From the human T2T-CHM13v2.0 reference genome, Homo sapiens: DNA of 64,000 nucleotides. This document shows positions 55,501 to 64,000 of this stretch, piece by piece. A model generated the notes under the pieces. The model was not told the origin of the DNA, searched no databases, and saw only the letters and a program-made list of their open reading frames with translations. Positions within the stretch are counted from its first letter, which is position 1, and each line of letters begins with the position of its first letter. The translations under genes and the position numbers were made by a program. Where the stretch lies: the NCBI RefSeq assembly GCF_009914755.1, contig NC_060925.1; one strand, 5' to 3'.

Positions 55501-57747
55501 TGGAATGATGGACGGCGCTGCTGCCGATGACGTCCCCTTTCAAGTCTCTTTGTCTAAGTGAATTATCGTGCATCCTTTTAATTTTATTGAACAAATTACA
55601 TTTGTCAAGGTCTATCTTTGTAAATAAATGATAACTAGAGACACATGGATGCGTATTTCTGCTGTTCAAGGGCTCTTGTTCCATTTCTGGAAGCCAGATG
55701 AACATGGAACAAAGGAGAAACTTTCCTCTAAAAGCAATTATCTTTCTGCATTCCCATCAGTATAATTATATTGCAGGGAATTTTAAGAAGCTGTAGAAGT
55801 AGAATTGAATGCTTAAAACTGTGTTTGCTGAATTGCTATGCAAAAGTTGAACAGGCTGTATTGCATCACACAAAATAGTCTAACTCTCTCCTGGCCACAT
55901 TTCTGTAAGTTTAGAATGTGCCTGAAGGGTGGAGATGGTGTGGGGGAGGCGGTGGGGATGGGGATGAGGTAGATCGCATTTAGGGTTTCCTGTGTTTCTT
56001 GAATGGAATATTTAATGACATTTCTGAAACCTGAGGGCTGTTAGCAAGGTGACTGGGAATGTGTCTAATAAAGCCACCCATTCCAGTCTAGTTGGAAAGC
56101 TTCTGATTTGCAGATTGCTCTCTGTCTGAAACAGTCCTGCTAGTTTACTAACTAATCCATGAATGGTGGTGGGATGAAGAGGGGACCGTTCATGAAATGA
56201 TGGCAGCAGCAATTACACTGCTCCCAAAACAAGCCAGCAGCTGGCTTACAGAGATACTGAATGTGGTTTGTGTGGCTACTGTGTCAATACTGCGCATCAA
56301 CCAGGATCATTCCTTTCTCATTGGCTCCCCCACAATTTAGTGAAGTAAACTGTTGCTGTGAGGTAAATTGTATTGTCTGATCACTGACAGCTCAATAACC
56401 TCATTCCTGCCCCTTCCCAATTTTTAACAAACTCCCTGATGAACATTCAGGAGGAAAATAAAGCACCAGTGAAAAGTGGCAACAGAGAATGCCATAATCA
56501 TGGGTTAGTTTAGTATGGCTGGTAGGTTTTGAGTTACTGGACAATTGATGGGATAATATTATAGTCTAGAGATCTTGAAGAAAGGAAACCTACAAGAAGG
56601 ATGACCTTGGATCCTCTCAGAGAAGTGAAGGGTGAATCAGGAGCCTGGCGATAACTCCCAGTTCACAGAGACTGCATGGAACAGCGGGATGAGCATGGGC
56701 TTGGGTTGGGATGGAGACAACCCCTGGCCCCTGCATTCAGTGTCTGCAGTGGTAAGATGAGGGATCTGGACCAGATGATTGAATAGCCTATCTTTAGATT
56801 CCGGGTCTAAGGTCATGAAACCCATTGTATGGGGCATTGATCACCATAGGAAAGTGGGGGAGGCAAGGTCCATGTACTAGGATTGCATTGTTAAAGCTTT
56901 ATGAATGTGTTGAAGGGGAAAAATGATTTTTTCTCATAAGAAAAATGAGTCCAGTGCTTTTGATCTCTAATTTCTGTGGCTGAGGTTTGGTGATAAGCAA
57001 GAATGGAAACCCATGGGATCATTGCAGGTGACATGATCAGAAAGTGGTAGGCCCATAAAATAGGTTTAAAATGGTGCCTTGGCCATCTTGGTGATTGAAA
57101 AGCCTCCTCTCTCAGGAGAAAGTGGCCAGTGGGACTGATTTGTTTGATTCAGATCATCTCACTAAGCAGGCAATGAAGGGAATTGCAGAGAACTAGCATG
57201 TCCAGCTTAGAGTTGAATTCAGTGCTCCCTGAAAGTGTCAGACCCTCTGCTGGAGCTAGGAATAGGTCATATGGTCCCTGTCATCAGGATCATGTTGCAT
57301 ACATATGACCGTGAAGCCAGGTAGGAACATCTGTGATTCTAGGACACAGTGATCGGGGCCATGACACAGTTCTCCTGGGAGGGAGCCTGGTGGGGGCTGA
57401 GGTAGTCAGGGAAGGCCATGGAAGGAAGTGAGGCTTGAGTAGACACAGTCAGATAAAGGTAGGGGTAGACAATGGTAACAGAGGGAAGAATACGTGACGA
57501 GCAGTGACGTAAAGCAGCAAGACATGTTCAAAAAGCTGCTAATGCTTCAAGATGGCCAAGGCGGAGGGTGAGTGTGGGTGAGCAGAAGGGGATGGGGCTG
57601 AGGAAATCAGCAAGTGCCAGACATGGGGGCCTAGCCAGGAGGCTCGAACTTTCTGCTCTGAGTTAGAGGAAAGGGGAAAGCACTGAAGGAGTGTCACAGG
57701 TAAGCAGTGTGTCAGGGTCAGAATTTAGAAGGGTCATGTTTACAGCT

Positions 57748-58661
57748 AGGACTGGATCCTGGGGTCCCTGTGCAAAATGAAAATGTGGGGCCATTTATTC
57801 AAAAACCAGGAAAAAAGGTGCTGTTAAAGGCATTAGAATACAGAGCGTTTCCCTTCATTCTGCAGCCTCTCAATCTGTCGTGGCATTTTTGTATCCTCTT
57901 TAATGTCACATCCCTCTGGTCCTCATGGCAGGACACTTGTGGGACAAGTACAGACTTTCACGGGAGCTGGAGCCCTCCCTAACACTTGGGACACATGTGG
58001 TCCACTGGCAGCTGGCTCCTCCTCTCCATAGCCATGGGACTGATGTGTCATGCTTCAGCTAGGGGTAGGAAGATGCAGCCAGGTGTCTCTCCTTCCGGGA
58101 GGCCTGGTGCTGTCACCCTTGGCAAGCAGGTAACCCTCAAGGGTATTGCAACTTCCCTGTCAAGATGTACTGGGCATCTTGGTTAAGGTTGAGCCTGAGG
58201 CTTCCTGTACCAAGTTGCCTGCTAAGTGCATGGTAGCGCTGACAGCCTGGGGTGAAGATGGCCACTGCCACACCCCTTGCAAGATACTGTGAAGCACGCT
58301 CACCAACCCTGCCCCTCTCCACCCTGCGCCCAACCCTCCACTGAAGTGGAGTGGACAGTGTCACTGGGACAGGTTGTGGGGGAGGTTGGGCAGGGCCCAA
58401 GGTGCCAGGGGCAGTGAAATGGGTAGCCGAGTACCTGTCCTGGGAGGCAGGGAGGTGGTAAGAGATGCTGCACATGAGAGCCAAGACCCTAAGCCCCCGG
58501 CCCATGTTCATGTGCCATGGACTTCACTTCCAAAATGGTAAATCATTAAGAATTTCAAGATGGCAACCAGAGAGCATGTGCCCTCAAGCATGGGCCCTTC
58601 TGAGCATGGATCCCTGTGCTTTGTGACTACAGGAATCACTCACCCTTCATGAAGCCCATTG
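57748..58661 (-). mobile_element. MER45-family (hAT-Tip100) element of about 0.9 kb, inserted in an L2 remnant
   Basis: Ends gtgcaaaatgaaaatgtggggcc and attaagaatttcaagatggc...gggcccttctgagc...catgaagcc match the reverse complement of recalled MER45 termini. Confidence 0.7.
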
Positions 58662-61600
58662 GCAGCAAGGCAACTGTAGCAGAGCTAGGCTTAAGGCAGG
58701 GAACTCACCAGGAAGGGGCTGGAGCTATCTGGTAATGAGTGCTGAGAACCACAGTGAAGATACTGGTGGTGAGAATGGAGAGGAAGCAATGGAGGGAGAT
58801 ATTAGGAGGTAGAAGCTGTAGGATTAAGAGGCAAACAGGACGTAGCAGGGGTGAGTGAGGCCGTGGGATACAGGGTCACTTACAGGGTTCTCATATGGGT
58901 AACTGGTACTTTATGAAATACTTTTACATAATTTTATCACTTTTACATAAATTTTATCACTTAATCTGCAAAACATATTATTGTTACTTCCATCTTATTG
59001 GGGGGAAATAGCTGAAATAACTGAGGTAATTCACTCAAACTCCTCTGGTCAGAAGACTTGGGATCAGCCCAAGGCATTTGATTTTGATGGCACATTCAAT
59101 CTACCATGACTCCTCTGCTGCTCTGGATGAGTCTGCCTTGTTTGTTTGTTCATTCATTTATTTATTCATTGCTTCACTCAGCAAGTACTTATGAGGGGAG
59201 CACAAGGTGCTGGGCATTCGTCTAGGTGCTGAACAAGCCAGGCAAGGCTTCCGCTCTCATGGAGTGCACATTCTAGCAGGGCCCAGGTGCCAGATTTAAT
59301 CAGAAGTTTCGCTCGGGCTTTAAGGGCCAGTGGAAGCAATTATTTATTTATATTTTCTGTTTCTTGTCCCAGTTTCTAATGAATTAGAGTTTGATTAGCT
59401 TCAACAGAGCGCTATGACTAGAGGGAGAATAATAAAGTGTCCTTTCATCCACCCCTATCCAAAAGCTGTGTGTAATTAGAGGAATCAAACCCTGTACTCT
59501 TCATCTCCACCTGGGTTGGCAGAGGTCAGTTTATTCTGTAGATATGTAATTATGTTGTTTTGCTCTTTCATTTAAAAAATATATTATCTCTTTCAATGAA
59601 TCTTATAAATCTCAGGCTAGGAGACTGGATACCCCTGATAAAGAATAAATTTCTAGGTGTTACATTGTTGTCGTGCCAACAGCAATGGTTCTGAATGCTG
59701 ATCAGATGACTCAACTGTACAGGTCAGAAAGGCATTCACTGGCAACTCAGCCCCTCCCAATGGCTTACACCATAGAAGACCATCAGTAATGCATGTGTTG
59801 AATGGTGTTAGGATGAACCAGTTTTCTTCCTTGGTGCACAGCCCCAGGGAACTAGAATGGCTGCCAGATGGCTCCGGGTGCTAGGGCATGAGCATTCATT
59901 GTGTGAAGGAAGTGTGGAGACTGAAATCCTTTTAAAGACAATGTTTCACTTGATAGGAAACAACATTACAATAAGACTAATCAAGACCACTGAGTTAGTA
60001 GTCATGGAGAACTAAAATCATTATTCTTGCAGCACAAATTCCTGGACCTGATGATACCTCTGTGGCCTGTCATGTGTCAGAGAGTCTGCAGGAATGTAAC
60101 ATGAAAACCTGTAATACCAGAGGTGTAGAGCACACTCCAGTCTATTCACTCTGGAATGCCTGGGGATGGCCCTTGGCTTCTGAGCTGATGGCCAAGAGAG
60201 GGTGGAAGAATAAGTGGAGGAGTTGGTCTTAGAAGGTCTGCTCTACAGTAGGCCTGGGGAGAGTGGTGGATCAAGAGGAAGATTCAAACCAAGTGCATTG
60301 AGGGATCTGAAGACCATACCCATACCAATCAGTACTCCCCTGGACCAGCGTCATCATCCTGGGCCCCATGTGGCTGCCCATCGCATACAGGAGGCCTAAT
60401 TGTATGTCTGCTGTGTGTGGCATGACTCCTTCGAATGGCGTTCCTTTTCCCACCCCGTGGCATTGCTCTGCTCTCGCAGTCTCTCTCCATAGTAACAGAA
60501 GCTTCCACTGAGTTAACACCTCAACCTATTAAGCTTAAGTGCTTTTCAAAACATTTTATTATTGGCTGAGTGTTTGTGAAGCAGTTTACCTTGGACTCCG
60601 ACTGGCTTCAAGAGGTTTGAGCCTGTCTTGTATTCCAGGGAAGCGTCATTGCAAACCCAGCACCCAGCTTTCCACCCTTTCTTTACCTCTCTCACCAAAT
60701 GGTGTGAGGCCATTCATGGGAAGGCCACGATGAATTTTGATTTCAGTCGTTGTATCATTACTTAGCTAATTTAAAGATGGATATCGGCCCTTAAAATTAA
60801 AAATTGTATGTTACATGGAAGGACTCCACCCACCCAGGGTCAGGCAATGAGTATATGATTAGACAAATGAGGGAGTGGTGCTTTCCATGTTCCTCTGTTG
60901 AGTGAGGATCCCAGTGGACCATGTCCTGGGTCCTTTCTGGGACACTTCCTGGTGTCAAGTTCCCTAACTTCTGTGGGCTGCCAGGCACAAGTGTCAGCAT
61001 TCATGTTGCAATCCTGATGCCATAGTGTGGCTACTTCAAGGAGATAGTATTCATAATATTGACCTCTTCTTAAAATTATTTAAATAGGCACCCCAGTGCT
61101 TCAGGTAAGAGCCATGAATCTTGAGCAAATTTGACTCATGAGGTAACTTCAGAGAACCATTTTAGCTGGTATGTGTGTGTAAGGTGGGGCAGGGGTAGGG
61201 TTGGGTATTAAACATCAAAAGGTCATGCTATGTAATACATGCAATATATAAAGTACTGATTCAATAGAACTATGGCAGGTGCTGTTGTAATTCTTTTTTC
61301 TGCATTATGCAGAATTTGCAATATAAAAATTAATGCATGTTATAAACTTAAGGTAGCTTCAGCAAATAGGATAAAGAACTCCATGATAACAAATCACAGT
61401 GTATATTCACCGCTGGTGAGATAAATTCCATTCATGAGGAGATTTTGATTTCAACCCCTTATAAGAGAATTGTAAGATAGTGGCAGCATCTAATCTTGAG
61501 GTAGGTAGATAGTGGTGAGATGGCTACTCATGAATAATTTTAAAATCAATCATCTGTGGCTAAATGTAGTGATTTCAAATCACTTCACAGCTTTGGGCTG

Positions 61601-62419
61601 TGGAGGGGAAAAGCCATTGTGGTGAAATAGAGTAAGAAACAGGAGATGTAAAGCTTTCCTCATTTCTTGCTTCAATTCGATCCCTGTTCTTTAATTGCTC
61701 TGGGACTTAAGATTCCTTTTCCTGAAGCTACAGTGTGTTCTACATCTTCTCAGAGCTGGGTCCTGCCGCCCTCCTCACACAGCGGGTGAAGCTGCTCCCC
61801 TGCTTCCAGCTGCTGGTGGCTCAGCAACTTGGGGGAAGCCCAGTTTGCTACCTTTCTGGACATCCTAGGGGACCTGCAGTTCAGCCACAGCGAGGCCCAG
61901 GGAGGGGACAGCTGGTGTCCTGGCAGCTGGGCTTCTGCACTGCCCATGACTTTGAAGACACAGCATCAGAGAACAGGTTTCTGGAGGGTCCTTGAACTAA
62001 AATGTGATGAGAAAATCTGTGTCAGGAGAAGATGGCAAGGAGGGAAGAGTGGTCTTCTGGTCACAGCAGGACTCGGGGTGGTGCTGGGCCACAGATGTGT
62101 GCCCACCTCACTGGAGTGCAGGGCTTGTGGTGGGAGCTGGTGGGCATAGCAGCATTTACACTGTACAAAGTAGACACTCTTCTGCAAACCTTCCTCCCAT
62201 AACTCCCTGCCCTCAAGTGTGGCCTAAACTGCATGAACCTAAAACATTCCAACAGTATATTGATGACAGCTAAACTGTCATAACACAACAACATGGTTAT
62301 ATTGAATGCTGCCTTTTAGCCATCCATGATGTCTCTGTATTGGTGACAAAATATTTTCCTACAACCACACATCTGTTTTCACTCTCAGGTCTTTGTATCA
62401 TATCCTTATTCACAATTCA

Positions 62420-62660
62420 GGATGATGATGACGATGATGGTGATGGTGATGATAATAATAGTAGCTAACACTATGTAATATTAGGCACTACGCACATTTC
62501 ATCTGTTAACTCATTTAATCTCCATAAGACCCACCTGAGGTAGGTACTTTATTATTTCTATTGAAGTAACATAAGGTCACATTTTGGTAAGTGGTAGAAC
62601 CAGGTTTCAAATCCACGCACTCTGGCTTTGCTCTCTGTGCTCTTAACCACTTTGCAATGG
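62420..62660 (-). mobile_element. MIR with a (GAT)n tail-derived microsatellite
   Basis: (gat)n at 62421-62453, then ctcatttaatc...tgaggtaggtact...aaggtcac. Confidence 0.7.
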
Positions 62661-63036
62661 TGCCTCTCATTTCCTCTATTCTTAAGTAAAGAGGAGAGCA
62701 ACTCAGAACAATTACCTACAGTATTCAAAGGTTAGAAAATTTTCTGTTAGTTACAAAGTATCAGCAACCAATCCACATAGCCCAGGGAATTAGCTTTGCA
62801 TTTTTGCATTCTTGCATGGGTGCATTCAGAAATTTATTGATTACTTACCACCTGCCAGACCACCATGCTGGGAGTAAGACCAAGGCAGACATGCTCCCTG
62901 ACCTCATAGAGCTTCCACTCATTCTGGAAAGTTAACAAATTAAATAGGCATCACGGTGATGTGTGATGAGGATTATGCTAGATGAAAGTATAGAATAACA
63001 ACAGCTAATATTTACTGAGCATTTTGCTATGTATTG

Positions 63037-63609
63037 TGTGATGGTTAATATTAGGTGTCAACTTTACTGGATTGAGGGATGCCTAGATAGCTGGTAAAGT
63101 CTTGGTTCTGGGTGTGTCTGTGAGGGTGTTGCCAGAGGAGATTGACAGTTGAGTCAGTGGACTGGGAGAGGAAGACCCACCCTCGTGGGTGGGCACCATG
63201 CAATCGGCTGCCAGCCCAGCTGGAACAAAGCAGGAGGAAGAAGGATAAGCTGGCTTGCTGAGGCTTCTGGCATTCCTCTTTCTCTTGTGCTGGATGCATC
63301 TGTCTGTTCCTCCTGCCCTTGGACATCAGACTCCAGGTTCTTCAGCCTTTGGACTCTTGGACATACACTAGTGGTTTTTCGAGGGTTCTCAGGCCTTCGA
63401 CCACAGACTGACGTCTGCACTGTCGGCTTCCCCACTTTTGAGGCTTTTGGTCTCAGACTGAGCCATTACTGGCTTCTTCTTCCTCTGCTTGCAGGCAGCC
63501 TATCATGGGACTTTGCCTTGTGACCGTGTGAGCTAATTCTCCTCAATAAGCTCCCTTTCATATATACATGTATCCTATTAGTTGTGTCCCTCTGGAGAAC
63601 CCTAACACA
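63037..63609 (+). mobile_element. MLT2 (ERVL) solo LTR inserted in a MIR (about 62995-63780)
   Basis: tgtgatggttaatattaggtgtcaact ... gtccctctggagaaccctaacaca, with a perfect 5-bp TSD tattg. Confidence 0.88.
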
Positions 63610-64000
63610 TATTGCTAGGCACTATTCTCAGTGCTTTTAGTGGACTCATTCATTTAATCCTGATAGCTACCCCATGAGGTAGGTACTATTTTATTCCCAT
63701 TTTACAGATGAAGAAATGGAGGCACATCAGGGTTATAGAAATGCTGAGTGACACAGCTATTTAACGGTGGAGCCAGCAGAACACATCGGGGAGGGTTAGC
63801 TTTGCCTGGGAGTTTGGGAGTCCAGTTTCAATCAATTGGTGAGCAGTACTCATGGAGACAATGAAAAATGGGAGGTCCTTCATTCAGTTGGTGCCTTTGT
63901 TCATTCAAAAGCATTTATTAGTAGGCATCTTTGATGTGCAAAGATCAAGGGAGTGGGTGGTGGTTGGTGGTAGATGGCTATAGAGTTGGGTAACATAGGG

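Noticed and set aside
58921-58962. Short direct duplications (also 15909-15943, about 18928-18960 and about 25277-25325)
   Set aside because: Ordinary 13-20 nt slippage events with two copies only. There is no repeat-spacer architecture, so they are not CRISPR-like.
63051-63523. ORFs of 91-124 aa near the window end
   Set aside because: Entirely within the MLT2 LTR.

Overview
This is primate (almost certainly human) genomic DNA, rich in Alu, L1, L2, MIR, MaLR and DNA-transposon relics. Bases 1-28.7 kb hold the 3' part of HS2ST1 (heparan sulfate 2-O-sulfotransferase 1) on the + strand. That part has five coding exons (2926-3011, 11257-11395, 16565-16662, 22159-22316, 23197-23423) with consistent GT-AG phases, followed by a ~5 kb 3' UTR with several poly(A) signals. 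About 22 kb of repeat-rich intergenic DNA follows. Next come a CpG island with a CTCF motif (~50.55-51.6 kb) and a repeat-poor region with exon-like segments. From memory of the 1p22.3 locus (HS2ST1 - LINC01140 - LMO4), this region corresponds to the lncRNA LINC01140/LOC339524. I found no prokaryotic-type system, CRISPR array, tRNA or rRNA, and I cannot claim a new multi-gene system. The most interesting observations concern HS2ST1 isoform control: (1) a downstream exon at 52224 that is open and in frame with HS2ST1 exon 6, giving a read-through alternative C-terminus; (2) a candidate poison exon at 1158-1232; (3) an intronic poly(A) isoform ending at W229; (4) a NAGNAG acceptor. Also notable are a perfect 20-bp hairpin with an internal 14-nt duplication, a multilayer nested transposon in intron 5, two local duplications and enhancer-like motif clusters. 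Repeat subfamily names and locus names come from recall, not from database searches.
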